Shown here piece by piece: positions 11,150 to 25,898 of a DNA stretch of 64,000 bases. The stretch covers positions 113,834,001 to 113,898,000 of the forward strand of contig NC_086108.1 in assembly GCF_963921235.1 (NCBI RefSeq), written 5' to 3'. The position numbers and the translations under genes were made by a program. The notes under the pieces are model-generated. The model was given only the letters and a program-made list of their open reading frames with translations, had not been told where the DNA came from and searched no databases. Numbering within the stretch: position 1 is the first letter of the stretch; the number at the start of each line of letters is the position of its first letter. The DNA comes from Mobula hypostoma (Eukaryota).

Positions 11150-13977
11150 CATAAGATATAGGAGCATAACTAGGATATTTGGACCATTAAGTCTGCTCCA
11201 CCATTTCATTATGGCCAGTACATTTTTCCTCAGCCCCAATTTCCTATCTTCCCTGCCCCCCCCCGTACCTTTCATACCCTGACCAATCAAAATTTATCAA
11301 CATCTGCCTTAAATATATATATAAATAAATCCTTGGCCTCTATAGCTGCCTGTGGCAACCACTTCCCAGATTCACCACTCTCTGGCCAAAGAAATTCCTC
11401 CTCATCTCCGTTGTAAAAGGACGCCTCTCTTTTCTGAGGCCGTACTCTCTGGTCTTAGACACTCCCACCACATCTTCTCGATCAAGGCCTTTCCACATAC
11501 ACTCGATCAAGGCCTTTCATCATTTGATAGGTTTCAATTAGGTCACCACTCATTCTTCTGAGTTCTAGAGAATACTGGGCAGAGCCATCAAAGCTTTTCA
11601 CATAACAAGCCATTCAATCCTGGAATTTTAATTTTGTAAACCTCCTTTGAACCCTCTCTAGTTTCAGCACATCCTTTCTAAGATGAGGGGACCAAAACTG
11701 CTCACAATATTCCAAGTGAAGTTTCACCAGGGCTTTATAAAGTCTCAACATTACATCCTTACTTTTATATTTTAGTCTTCTTGAAATGAATGCTAATTTC
11801 ACACTTACCTTCCTCACCATAGACTCAACCTGCAAATTAACCTTCAGAGAATCCCACACGACTCGACTTCCAAATCCCATTGTGCCTCAGCTTTTTTGTA
11901 CTTTCTCTCCATTTAAAAAAATAGTCAACCCTTAATTTCTTCTGCCATAGTGCATGACCATACACTTCCTGGCACCACCTGCCATTTATTTGCCCATTCT
12001 CCTAATCTGTCCAAGTCCTTATGTAGCCTCTCTGCTTCCTCAAAACTACCTGTCCTTCCACCTATCATTGTAACAAACTTTGCAACAAATCCATCAACCA
12101 AATCATTGACATTCTATATAACGTCAAAAGAATCGGTCCCAACACAGACCCCTGTGGAACAGCACTAGCCACCAACAGCCAACCAGAAAAGGCTCCCTTT
12201 GTTCCTACTCTTTTCCTCCTACCAATCAGCCACTGCTTTGTCTATGCTGGAATCTTTCCTGTAATACCATGGCCTCGTAACTTGCTAAACAACCTCATGT
12301 GGCACCTTGTTAAAAGCTTCCTGAAAATCCAAGTATACATCAACCAGTTCTCCTTTGTCTATCCTGCTTGTTATTTACATAGAAACAGAGAAAACATAGA
12401 AAATTTCTTCAAAGAATTCCAACAGAGTTGTCCTGCAAGATTTTCCATTGATTTTCCATTCCATGCTGACTATGGCTTATGTGCCTCCAAGTATCCCAAA
12501 ACCATATCCTTAACAATCGACTCCAACATCTTTCCAACCATTGAGGTTAGACTAACTGGCCTGTAATTTCCTTTCTTCTGCCTCTCCCCCTTCTTGAAAA
12601 GTGGAGAGACATTTGTAATGTTCCAATCTTCCAGAAACATTCCAGAATCTAGTGATTCTTGAAAGATGATTACTAACGCTTCCACAATCTCTTTAGCCAC
12701 CTCTTTTAGAACCCTGGGGAATACACAATTTGGTTCAGATGACTTATTGACCTTCAGACCTTTCAGTTTCCCCAAGAACCACCTACTTCAGGACCCCTGA
12801 CACCTGCAACTTACACCATACTGTGGTCAGATATCCATTCTCACTGTCCTTTTACACTTTATGTATCGGAACACACTTTTGGTACATAGAACATAGAAAT
12901 CTACAGCACATTACAGGCCCTTCAGCCCACAGTGTTGTGCCAACCATGTAACCCACTCTAAATACTGTCAAGAACTACTCTACCGCATAGCCCTCTATTT
13001 TTCTAAGCTCCATGGTACCTATCTCAGAGTCTTTTAAAAGACCCTATTGTATCCACCTCCACTACCATCTCTGGCAGTGCATTTCACACACCCACCACTG
13101 TGTTTGGGAAAACGTACCCCAGGCATCCCCTCTGTACCTACTTCCAAACATCTTAAAACTATGCCCCCTTGTGTTAGCCATTTCAGCCCTGGGAAAAAAC
13201 CTCTGGCTATCCACACAATCAGTGCCTCATCTTGCCTTTAGAATCGTTCTTCCCCTTTGGGATGTATATATCCAGTGCCTTTCAAATTGCTTCCATAAAT
13301 TCCAACTACTGCTGCTCTGCCATCTTCCCTGCCAGTGTTCTTTTCCAATCAATTCTGGCCAACTCCTCTCTCATGCCTCTGTAATTCCCTTTACTCCACT
13401 GCAGTACTGCTACTTCTGACTTTAGCTTCTCCTTAAATTTCAGAGTAAATTCGATCATAAGATCACTTGCCCCTAAGGGTTCTATTACTTGAATCTCTCA
13501 ACCAATTCCAGTGCACTGCACAACACCCAGTCCAGAAGAGCTGATCCCCTAGTGGGCTCAACCATGAGCGTTTCTAAAATTCCTCCTTGTAAACTTTCTA
13601 GAAATTCCCCCTCTTGGAATCCAGCATGAACCTGATTTTCTCATTCTACTTGCATACTGAATTCCCCCATGACTATTGTAACACTGCCCCTTTGGCATGC
13701 ATTTTCTATTTCCCATTGTAATTTGTAGAGCACACCCTTTCTACTGCTTGGGGGTTTGTCTGAAACTCCCACTGGGGTCTTTGTAACCTTGCAGTTCCTC
13801 AGCTCTATCCACAATGATTAAACCCCTTCCATTCTTTCTAATGATTGAATTTCCATTTTATCAACAGAGTAACTCCACCCCCTTTGCTTTCCTGCCTGCC
13901 CTTTCAATACAACGTGTATCATTGGAAAATTGAACTCACTTTCAGCCATGATTCAGTGATGTCTACAAAAGCATGCA
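11150..13977 (-). mobile_element. CR1 LINE 'a' (3' part; outermost layer of nested stack), with small nested CR1 3' fragments
   Basis: Degenerate ORF2 RT/APE motifs (NYRPVSLTS, HLEYCEQFWSP); interrupted in the APE N-terminus by the Tc1 and resumes at 28181. Confidence 0.85.
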
Positions 13978-15070
13978 CAGTGCCTATAAACAGTATTCAC
14001 CCCCTTGGAAGTTAACACGTTTTGTTTTACAACATTGAATCACAGCGGATTTGGCTTTTTTGACACTAATCAACAGAAAAAAAACTTTCTTGTCAAAGTG
14101 AATACAGATCTCTACAAAATGATCTAAATTAATTACAAATATAAAACACAAAATAACTGACTGCACAAGTATTCACTCTTTTATATGACACACCAAATCA
14201 TCACTGATGCAGCCAATTGGTTTTGTAAGTCACATAATCAGTTAAGGTGTCCTAGATACATATAAACTTAAGTGCACTCAAGGTGCACTCAAATTTTACT
14301 CATTGCAGTTAAAAAAAACGCGTGCATTTGGAAGGTCCAACTGTTGGTGTGTCAGTATCCTAGCAGAAACTACACAAAAGAACACTCCTAGCAACTCCAT
14401 GAAAACGTTATTGAAAAGCACAAGTCAGGAGATGGATACAAGAAAATTTCTAAGGCACTGAATATCCTTTGGGGTACAGTTAAGTCAATGATCAAGAAAT
14501 GGAAAGAATATGGTACAGCTGAAAATATACGTAGAGTAGACCATCCTGAAAAACTGAGTGACTGTGCAAGAAGAGAACTAGTGAGGGAGGCCACCAGGAG
14601 ACCTATGACAACTCTGGAGGAGTTACAGGCTTCAGTGGCTGAGATGGGAGAGACCACACATTCAACAAATATTGCCCAGTAGCTTCACCAGTCACAACTT
14701 TATAAGAGAGTGGCAAAGAGAAAGATACTGGAAAAAAATTCACATGAAATCTTAGCCAGAGTTTTCCAGAAGGCATGTGGGAGACTCTGAAGTCAGCTGG
14801 AAGAAGGTTCTATAGTCTGATGAAACCAAAATTGAGCTTTTTGGCCATCAGACTAAACGCTAAACACTGCACATCATCAAAAACACACCATCCCTACCGT
14901 GAAGCTGCATCATGCTGTGCGGATGCTTCACTGCAACAGGCCCTGGAAGACTTGTGAAGGTAGAAAGGAAAACGAATACAGCAAAGTACAAGGAAATCCT
15001 GGAGGATAACCTCATGCAGTCTGAAAGACAACTGCGACTTGAGAGATTTGTTTTCCAGCAAGACAATGAT
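13978..15070 (+). mobile_element. Tc1 DNA transposon, left half (IR/DR-type TIR, decayed transposase)
   Basis: TIR cagtgcctataaacagtattcacccc; IKKWKEYG...ELVREATRRPMTTLEELQ and YKEILEDNL...FVFQQDND motifs. Confidence 0.92.
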
Positions 15071-16082
15071 CAGAATCAGGTTTATTATTACCAGCATGTG
15101 ACATGAAATTTGTTAACTTAGCAGCAACAGTTCAATGCAATACATAATATAGAAGAGAAAAAACATAATAATAATTAATAAATCAATTACAGTATATGCA
15201 TATTGAATAGATCTTTTTAAATGTGCGAAAAACAAAAATACCGTATATTTAAAAAAAGTGAGGTGGTGTCCAAGGGTTCAATATCCATTTATGAATCGGA
15301 TGGCAGAAGGGAAGAAGCTGTTCCTGAATCGCTCAGTGTGTGCCCTCAGGCTTCTGTACCTCCTTCCTGATGGTAACAGCGAGAAAAGGGGATGCCCTGG
15401 CAGCTGAAGGTCCTTAATAATGGACGCTGCCTTTCTGAGATACCATTCCCTGAAAATGTCCTGGGTACCCAAGATGGAGCTAACTAGATTTACAGCCATC
15501 ATCAGCTTCTTTTGGTCCTGTGCAGTAGCACCACCACCCCCACACCCCTCCCTCCCCCGCCACTCTCCATTCTAGACGGTAATGCAGCCTGTCAGAATAC
15601 TCTCCAGGGTACATTTATAGAAGTTTTTGAGTGTATTGTTGACATGCCAAATCTCTTCAAACTCCTAATGAATTATAGCCGTTGTCTCACCTGGCTATGT
15701 TGGGACCAGGTTAGATCCTCAGAGATCTTGACACCCAGGAACTTGAAGCTGATCACTCTCTCCACTTCTGATCCCTCTATGATGATTGGTATGTGTTCCT
15801 TCGTCTTACCCTTCCTGAAGTCCACAATGAGCTCTTACATTTTACTGATGTTGAATGCCAGGTGGTTGCTGCAGCACCACTCCACCAGTTGGCATATCTC
15901 ACTCCTGTACGCCCTCTCATCACCACCTGAGATTCTACAAACAATGATTGTATCATCAGCCAATTTATAGATGGTATTTGAGCTATGCCTAGACACACAG
16001 TCATGTGTATATAGAAAGTAAAGCAGTGGGCTAAGCACACACCCCTGAGGTGCGCCAGTGTTGATCATCAGTGCGGAGGATA
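15071..16082 (-). mobile_element. Rex1/Babar-like LINE A, 3' part
   Basis: [20 protein letters not shown] and HPLFSLLPSGRRYRS...RNSFFPSAIR motifs; (CTGATT)n tail. Confidence 0.85.
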
Positions 16083-19000
16083 CAGAACATAGAAAACATA
16101 GAAAACCTACAGTACAATACAGGCCCATCGGCCCACAAGGTTGTGCCAAACATGTCCCTACCTTAGAAATTACTAGACTTCCCCATAGCTCTCTATTTTT
16201 CTAAGCTCCATGTACCTATCCAAATCTGCCTCCACCACCATTGCCGGCAGCCCATTCCACGCACTCACCACTCTCTGCGTAAAAAACTTACCCCTGACAT
16301 CTCCTCTGTACCTACTCTCAAGCACCTTAAACCTGTGCACTCTTGTAGCAGCCATTTCAGCCCTGGGAAAAAGCCTCTGAATATCCACACTATCAATGCC
16401 TCTCATCATCTTGTTCACCTCTAACAGGTCACCTCTCATCCTCTGTCGCTCCAAGGAGAAAAGGCCGAGTTCACTCAACCTGTTTTCATAAGGCATGCTC
16501 CCTAATCCAGGCAACATTCTTGTAAATCTCCTCCGCACCCTTTCTATGGTTTCCACATCCTTCCCGTAGTGAAGCGACCAGAACTGAGCACAGTAGTCCA
16601 AGTGGGGTCTGACTGGAGTCCTATATAGCTGCAACATCACCTCTCGGCTCCTAAATTCAATTCCACGATTGATGAAGGCCAATACACTGTATACCTTCTT
16701 AACCACAGCGTCAATCTGTGCAGCTGCGTTGAGCGTTCTATGGACTCGGACTCCAAGATCCCTCTGATCCTCCACACTCCCAAGAATCTTACCATTAATA
16801 CTATATTCTGCCATCATATTTGACCTACCAAAATGAACCACTTCACTTATCTGGGTTGAACTCCATCTGATACTTCTCAGCCCAGTTTTACATCCTATCA
16901 ATGTCCCGCTGTAACCTCTGACAGCCCTCAACACTATCCACAACACCCCCAACCTTTGTGTCATCAACAAACTTACAAATCCATCCCTCCACTTCCTCAT
17001 CTAGGTCATTTATAAAAATCACAAAGAGGGGTCCCAGAACAGATCCCTGAGGCACACTACTGGTAACCAACCTCCATGCAGAATATGACCCATCTACAAC
17101 CACTCTCAGCTTCTGTGGGCAAGCCAGTTCTGGATCCACAAAGCAATGTCCCTTTGGATCCCATGCCTCCTTACTTTCTCAATAAGCCTTGCATGGGGTA
17201 CCTTATTAAATGCCTTGCTGAAATCTATATACACTACATCTACTGCTCTTCCTTCATCAATGTGTTTAGTCATATCCTCAAAAACTTCAATCAGGCTTGT
17301 AAGGCACAACCTGCCCTTGACAAAGCCAAGCTGACTATTCCTAATCATACTATATCTCTCCAAATATTCATAAAACCTGCTTCTCAGGACCTCTACCATC
17401 AACTTACCAACCACTGAAGTAAGACTCATCATCATCATCATCAGTTGCCATGCCCAATTTGAGCTTTGACTGCCATGGCCCACATACTCGTGTTTTGGGT
17501 CAAGTGGATCAATCATTGGTATTCATTTCCAGTTCTCTGGCTGCTGTCTCCATCATCATTTGTCTTTGTCTTGCCTTCTTCCCTTCAATCTTTCCCATAA
17601 TTACCGTGCATTCTAACTCCTCTTTCTTATTCACATGTCTAATGAAGTTACGTTGCCTTTTCATGATCTCATACATTATTTCTCTTTTTGTGTTTGCTCT
17701 GTTCATGACATCCTCATTAGATATTCGCTTCATCCATGATATTCTTTGCATCCTCCTCAAAAACCACATCTCTGCTACTACAATTCGTTTCTTCATGTTA
17801 CTGGATATTGTCCAACATTCTGAGCCATATAACATAACTGGATAAATGTAATATTTCAGTACTCTGAGGCGGGCTGTCATGCCTAGTTTAGTATTGGTTA
17901 GTATACTCTTCATTCTCGTAAAGGTGTCTTTTGCCATCCCTATGCTTCTTTTGAAGTCCATGTCGCACCTGCCATCTGATGCCACCCAGCTTCCTAAGTA
18001 GCAAAAGTTCTGTACTTGTTTTATGTCTTCCCCGTTTATTCTCAGCCTGCAGATAGGATTCTCCTTCTTTTTGGATATCACCATACAGTCTGTCTTTTTG
18101 CAATTGATAGATAGACCCACTTTTTCATTTTCTTCAACAGTTATATCAATTAAGTTTTGTAGCTCTTCCTCCGTACTTGCAAATAACGCAGTGTCATCTG
18201 CATATCTGAAGTTATTCACGTTTTCACCGCCAACTTTGATTCCCAAGATGACTCTTACTTTTTGTAATATTGTTTCACTGGACACATTAAATAAATCAGG
18301 GGAGAAAACACACCCTTGTCTAACGCCTCTCTTGATTTTCATAAACTGACTCACTTCTCCATCCATTCTTACAGAGGCAGTTTGTTCCCAGTACAGATTT
18401 CTGATTAGGCGGAGGTCTTTCGAATCTAGATCTAGAGTCTCCTGTAATATTTCAAATAACTTATTGTGCTTCACTTTATCAAATGCTTCTGTGTAGTCGA
18501 TAAAACAAATCTTTTTGCACTTGAATAGCTCGTTCTGATAGTATCCTTAACATCAATATTGCGTTTCTTGTACCTTTATCTTTAACAAAAACACATTGTT
18601 CTTTACCTATTTCAGCTTGTATCTTACTTTTAGCTCTTGTCATCAAAATTCTTCGAAGTATCTTGGTGATATGACTCATTAAACTTATGGTCCTATGTAA
18701 TTCACATTCTATTGCTCCAGGTTTCTTAGGAAGAGTGACAAATTCTGATTTTTTCATCTCTTCTGGTATTATTCCAGTCTCATAAATGTCATTAAGTTCT
18801 ATAATTTCCTGAGCTATCTCTACTCTCTTTCTTGAATAAGGGAACAACATCCACAACCCTCCAATCCTCTGGAACCTCTCCCATCCCCACTGATGATGCC
18901 AGAAGCTCAGCAATCTCCTCCCTCACCTCCCACAGTAGCCTCGGGTACATCTCATCCGGTCCCAGTGACTTATCCAACTTGATGCTTTCCAATAGCTCCA

Positions 19001-20771
19001 CCACATCCTCTTTCTTAATATCTACACACTCAAGCTTTTCAGTCTGCTGCAAGTCATCACTACAATCACCAAGGTCCTTTTCCATAGTGAATACTGAAGT
19101 GAAGAACCCCTGCTATTTCCTCCGGTTCCATTCACACTTTCCCACTGTCACATTTGATAAGTCACATTCTCTCACGTCTTATCCTCTTGCTCTTCACATA
19201 CTTGTAGAATGCCTTGGGGTTTTCCTTAATCCTGCCCGCCAAGGCCTTCTCATGGCCCCCTCTGGCTCTCATAATTTCTTTTTTAAGCTCCTTCCTGTAA
19301 GCCTTATAATCTTCTAGATCTCTAACATTACCTAGCTCTCTGAACCTTTTGTAAGCTTTTCTTTTCTTCTTGACTAGATTTATTACAGCCCTTTGTACAC
19401 CATGGTTCCTGCACCCTCCCATAACTTCGCTGTCTCATTGGAAAGTACCTATACAGAACTCCACACAAATATCCCCTGAACATTAGCCACGTTTCTTCCG
19501 CACCTTTCCCTGAGAACATCCATTCCCAATTTAAGCTTCCAAGTTCCTGCCTGATGGCCTCATAAGTCTCCTTACTCCAATGAAATGCTTTTCTAACTTA
19601 TCTGTTCCTATCTCTCTCCAATGCTATTGTAAAGGAGACAGAATTATGATCACCATCTCCAAAATACTCTCCTACTGAGAGATCTGACACCTGACCAGGT
19701 TCATTTCCCAATACCAAATCAAGTACAGTCTCTCCTCTTGTAGATTTATCTACATATTATGTCAAGAAACCTTCCGGAACACACCTAACAAACTCCACCC
19801 CATCTAAACCCCTTGCTCTAGGGAGATGCCAATCGATATTTGGGAAATTAATATCTCCCACCACTACAACTGTTATTATTACACCTTTCCAGGATCTGTT
19901 TCCCTATCTGCTCCTCGAAATCCCTGTTACTATTGGGTGGCCTATAAAAAACATCCAGTAGAGTTATGGACCCCTTCCTGTTCCTAACCTCCACCAACAG
20001 AGACTCCGAAGACAATCCCTCCACGACGTCCACCTTTTCTGCAGCCATGACACTATTTCTGATCAACAGTGCCACACCCCCACCTTTTTTTGCCTCCCTC
20101 TCTGTCCTTTCTGAAACATCTAAAACCTAGTATTTGAAGTAACCATTCCTGTCCCTGAGCCATCCAAGTCTCTGTAATGGCCACCACATCATAGCTCCAA
20201 GTACTGATCCACGCTCTAAGCTCATCCGCTTTGTTCACAACACTCCTTGCATTAACCTTCGGTCTGAGCGTGTCCCTTCTCTATCACCTGCCTATCCTCC
20301 CTCACGCACTGTCTCTAAGCTTTCTCTATTTGTGAGCCAACCGCCTCTTCCCCAGTCTCTTCAGTTTGGTTCCCACCCCCCCAACAATTCTAGTTTAAAC
20401 TCTCCTCAGTAGCCTTAGCAAACCGCCCCACCAGGATATTGGTCCCCCTGGGATTCAAGTGCAACCCGCCCTTTTTATACAGGTCACACCTGCCCCAAAA
20501 GAGGTCCCAATGATCCAGAAATCTGAATCCCTGCCCCCTGCTCCAATCCCTCAGCCACACATTTATCCTTTACATCCTTCCAATCCTATACTCACTGTCA
20601 CGTGGCACAGGCAGTAATCCCCAGATTACGACCTTTGGGGTCCTGCTTCTCAAATTCCTTCCTAACACCCTTTCATCTGTTTTCAGGACCTCTTCCCTTT
20701 TCCTATCTACGCCATTGGTACCAACACGTACCACAACCTCCCCTGGCTGTTCTCCCTCCCACTGCAGGATA
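16083..20771 (-). mobile_element. CR1 LINE 'b' (ORF2 and part of the ORF1 esterase; 5' remainder at 26494-26666)
   Basis: (TTTCTATG)n tail at 16083-16105; RT, APE (DVVAITETW) and VGTN esterase motifs. ORF1 continues after the CR1 'c' insertion. Confidence 0.9.
17429..18798 (-). mobile_element. RTE-clade LINE, 5'-truncated, nested in CR1 'b'
   Basis: ORFs 17509-18474 and 18479-18913: HRTISLMSH, KGTRNAI, RGVRQGCVFSP, RYADDT, MLYGSECW; (GAT)n tail. Confidence 0.93.
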
Positions 20772-23700
20772 TAGAACACTACAGCACAGAAAACAGGCCA
20801 TTTGGCCATTCTAGTCTGTGCTGAAATATTATTCTGCTAGTCCTATTGACCTCCACCTAATCCATAACTTTCCAAACCTCTCCCATCCATGTATCTATCC
20901 AATTTATTCTTAAAACTTATGAGTGAGCCCACATTTACATCAGATGGCAGCTCATTCTACACTCACACCACTCTCTGAGTGAAGAAATGCCCCCTAAACC
21001 TTTCCCCTTTCACCCTAAAGCCATGTCCTCTCGTATTTATCTCTCCTAATCTAAGTGGAAAGAACCTACTCGCATTTACTCTGTCTGTACCCCTCATAAT
21101 TTTGTAAACCTCTATCAAATCCGCCCCCCCATTCTTCTACACTCCAAGGAATAAACTCCTAACCTGTTCAATCTTTCCCTGTAACTCAACTCCTGAAGAC
21201 CCGGCAACATCCTAGTAAATCTTCTCTGCACCCCTTCAATCTTACTGATATCCTTCCTATAGCTAGGTGACCAGAACTACACACAGTACTCCAAATTTGA
21301 CCTCACCAATGTCTTATACAACCTCACCATAACATCTCAACTCCTATACTCAATACTTTGATTTATGAATGCCAGGATGCCAAAAGCCTTCTTTACAACC
21401 CTGTCCACCTGTGACGCCACTTTCAGGAAATTATGTATCTGAACTCCCAGATCCCTTTGTCCCTCCACACTCTTCAGTGCCCTACCATTTACTGTGTATG
21501 TCCTACCTTGATTTGTCCTTTCAAAATGCAACACCTCACACCTGTCTGCATTAAATTCCATCTGCCATTTTCTGGCCCATTTTTCCAGTTGGTCCAGATC
21601 CCTCTGAAAGCCTTCCTCGCTGTCCACAATGCCTCCAATATTAGTGTCATCAGCAAACTTGCTGATCCAATTTACATTATCATCTAGATCATTGATATAG
21701 ACAACAAACAACAATGGTCCCAGCACAGATTCCTGAGACACACTAGTCACAGGCCTCCAGTCTGAGAAGCAATCATCCACTACCACTCTCTGTCTTCTCC
21801 CACACAGCCAATTACGAATCCAGTTTACAACCTCTCCATGGATACCTAGTGTCTGAACCTTCTGAACTAACCTCCCATGTGGGACCTTGTCAAAGACCTT
21901 ACTAAAGTCCATGTAGACAACATCCACAACCTTTCCTTCATCTACTTTCTTGTTAACCTCCTCAAAAAACTCTACAAGATTAGTTAAACACGATCTACCA
22001 TGCACAAAGCCATGCTGACTATCCTTAATCAGCCCTTGGCTGTCCAAATACTTGTATATCCGATCTCTAAGAACATTTTCCAATAATTTACCTGTTAATG
22101 ATGTCAGGCTCACCGGCCTGTAATTACTTGGTTTACTTTTGGAGCCTTTTTTAAACAATGGAACAACATGAGCTACCATCCAATCCTCCAGCGTCATACC
22201 TGTGGCTAAGGACATTTTAAATATTTCTGCCAGGGCCCCTGCAATTTCTACACTACTGTCTCTCAAGGTCCGAAGAAATATCATGTCAGGCTCAGGGGAT
22301 TTACCTACCTTTATTCGCTGTAAGGCAACAAGCACCTCCTCTTCTTTAATCGCTATATGTTCCATGACACTACTGCTTGTTTCCCTTCCTTCCATATACG
22401 CAATGCCAGTTTCCTGTTTAAGATCTTCCCCATCTCATGAAGCTCCACACATAGACGACCACTCTGATCTTCTAGGGAACTAATTTTGTCCCTTACTATC
22501 CTTTTACTCTTAATATACATGTAGAAACCCTTTGAGTTTATCTTCACATTATCTGCCAAAGTAACCTCATGTCTTCTTTTTGCCTTCCTGATTTCCTTCT
22601 TTAGTATTTTCTTACATTTTCTATACCCTTCAAGTACCTCATTTGCTCCTTGTTGCCTATACCTGCTATACACCTCTCTCTTTTTCTTAACCAGATCACC
22701 AATATCCCTTGAAAACCATGGTTCCCTATGCCTGTTAACTTTGCCTTTAATCCTGGCAGGAAGATGCAAACTCTGCACTCTCAAAATTTCGCCTTTGAAG
22801 GCCTTCCACTTACTGAACACATCCTTGCCAGAAAACAACTTATCCCAATCCACTCTTCCTAGATCCTTTCTCATTTCCACAAAATTGGCCCTTCTCCAAT
22901 TAAGAACCTCAACTCGAGGACCAGACCTATCCTTATCCATAATTAACTTGAAACTTAATGACATTGTGGTCACTGGACCCAAAATGTTGGCCTACACATA
23001 CTTCTGTCATGTAACCTGTCTGGTTCCCGAATAAGAGATCAAGTATTGCATCCTCTCTCGTAAGTACCTCTATATATTGAATCAGAAAACTTTCCTGAAC
23101 ACATTTGACAAACTCCAAGCCATCTGGCCCTTTCACAGTGTGGGAGTCCCAGTCAATGTGTGGAAAGCTAAAATCCCCTACTATTACAACTTTCTGTTTC
23201 TTACATTGGTCTGCTATCTCTCTACAGATTTGCTCCTCCAATTCCCTCTGACTATTGGGCGGTCTATAATACAACCCTATTAGTGTGATCACACCTTTCC
23301 CATTCCTCAGCTCCACCCATATGGCCTCTATAGACAAGCCCCCGGGGCTGTCCTGTCTATGCACAGCTGTGATATTTTCTCTGACTAGTAATGCCACTCC
23401 TCCCCCTTTCATCCCTCCCTCTCTATCACGTCTGAAACAACGGAACCCCAGAACATTAAGCTGCCAGTCCTGCCCCTCCTGCAACCAAGTCTCACTAATA
23501 GCAATAATGTCGTAATCCCACGTGCCAATCCACGCCCTAAACTCATCTGCCTTACCTACAATACTCCTTGCATTGAAATAGATGCACCTGAGAACATTTC
23601 TGTCACGTACAAACCTTTGATTTCTGTCTATACATGCAGTCCTCGCATGACCTTTATCCTCCTCCACCTCACCATCAGCTCTAATACTCTGGTTCCCGTC

Positions 23701-24659
23701 CCCGTGCAAATCTAGTTTAAATTCCCCGGAGCAGCACTAGCAAATCTACCTGCAAGGATGTTAGTCCCCCTCCAGTTCAGGTGCAAACTGTCCCGTCAGA
23801 ACAGGTCCCACCTTCCCTGGAACAAACTCCAATCCTCCAGAAACACGAAGCCCTCCCTCCTGCACCATCTCCTTAGCCACGTATTTAGCTGCATTATCTT
23901 CCTATTTCTAGCCTCACTAGCACGTGGCACGGGTAGCCATCCTGAGCTGGCAACCCTGGAGGTCCTGTCCTTCAACTTTGCACCTAACTCCCTAAACACT
24001 TTTTGCAGGACCTCCTCCTCCTTCCTATCCACGTCATTGGTCCCTACATGGACCACGACATCTGGGTGCTCATCCTCCCTCCTGAGAATACCGAGAACTC
24101 GATCCACAATATCGCGGACCCTGGCAGCAGGAAGGCAACAGACCATTTAGGATTCTCGATCTCTCCCAGAGAGCCTCTTATCTGTCCCCCTATCAAATCC
24201 CCTATCACTAATGATTTCCTCTTTTCCCTCCTTCCTTTCTGAGCTGAGGGTCCAGTCTCAGTGCCAGAGACAAGACCACTACAACTTGTCCCTGGTAAGT
24301 CATCCCCACCAACGGTATCCAAAACGGTATACTTATTGTTAATGGGAATGGCCACAGGGGTGCTCTGCTCATTCTGTCTATTCTCCTTCCCTCTCCTGAC
24401 AGTCACCCAGCTAACTGCCTCCTGACTTTTAGGGGTGACCGTCTCCCTGAAACTCCCGTCTATTTCTGCTTCTGTCTCACGAATGATCCAAAGTTCATCC
24501 AGCTCCAGTTCCCTAACTCGGTTTGTCAGGAGCTGCAGCTGGATGCACCTTTTACAGGTGTAGTCATCAGGGACAATTGTGCTGTCCCTGACTTCCCACA
24601 TACCGCATACAGAGCACTCGACTATCCTAACTGCAGCCTCCATTATACTCTATACTTCA

Positions 24660-25865
24660 CTGTCACCAAATAATTGGTACTAGAACATACAATCATCACA
24701 GTGATATTTGATTCTGTGCTTCACACTCCCTGGATTACAAATATTAAATATTAAAAAGCTAAAAATAGTAAATATTAAAAATTTAAATTATAAATCATAA
24801 ATAGAAAATAGAAAAATGGGAAGTAAGGTAGTGCAAAAAAACTGAGAGTCAGGTCCGGATATTTGGAGGGTACGGCCCTGATCCGGGTCAGGATCCGTTC
24901 AGCAGTCTTATCAAAGGTGGGAAGAAGCTGTTTCCAAATCTGGCCGTACGAGTCTTCAAGCTCCTGAGCCTTCTCCCGGAGGGAAGAGGAACGAAAAGTG
25001 TGTTGGCTGGGTGGGTCGTGTCCTTGATTATCCTGGCAGCACTGCTCCAACAGCATGCGGTGTAAAGTGAGTCCACAGACGGAAGATTGGTTTGTGTGAT
25101 GTGCTGTGCCGTGTTCACGACCTTCTGCAGCTTCTTTCTGTCTTGGACAGGACAACTTCCATACCAGGTTGTGATGCACCCTAGAAGAATGCTTTCTATG
25201 GTGCATCTATAAAAATTAGTGAGAGTTTTAGGGGACAGGCCAAATTTCTTTAGTTTCCTCAGGAAGTAAAGGCACTGGTGGGCCTTCTTGGCAGTGGACT
25301 CTGCTTGGTTGGACCAAGTCAGGTCATTTATGATATTGACCCCAAGGAACTTAAAGCTTTTGACCTGTTCCACTTGCGCACCACCGATATAAATTGGGTC
25401 GTGTGGTCCACTACTCCATCTGAAGTCAACAACCAATTCCTTCGTCTTGCTGACGTTGAGGGATAGGTTATTGTCTTCGCACCATGCCACCAGGTTCTTA
25501 ACTTCCTCTCTGTACACAAACTCATTGTTTGCCCAAGATACAGCCTACAATTGTTGTGTCATCAGCAAACTTATATATTGAGTTTGATGGAAACTTGGCT
25601 ACACAATCATGGGTGTACAGTGAGTACAGCAGGGGGCTGAGTACACAGCCTTGTGGGGCACCAGTGCTCAGAGTGATTGTAGAGGAGAGCTTGTCCCCTA
25701 TTTTTACAGCCTGGGTCCTGTCTGTGAGGAAGCTGAAGATCCAGATGCAGATCTGAGTGCTAAGGACCAGGTTCCGAAGCTTAGGAATCAGTTTATTTGG
25801 AATGATGGTATTAAAGGCAGAGCTGTAGTCAATGAAAAGGAGCCTTGCATATGCGTCTTTATTCA
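24660..25865 (-). mobile_element. Rex1/Babar-like LINE B nested in the CR1 'c' 5'UTR
   Basis: ORFs 25522-25866 ([27 protein letters not shown]) and 24888-25517. Confidence 0.88.
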
Positions 25866-25898
25866 TTACCTACTCCTAAGTTAATTAAATTAATTAAA

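Noticed and set aside
17106..17516. ORF with a poly-Met run
   Set aside because: The run is the (GAT)n RTE tail fused to CR1 sequence.
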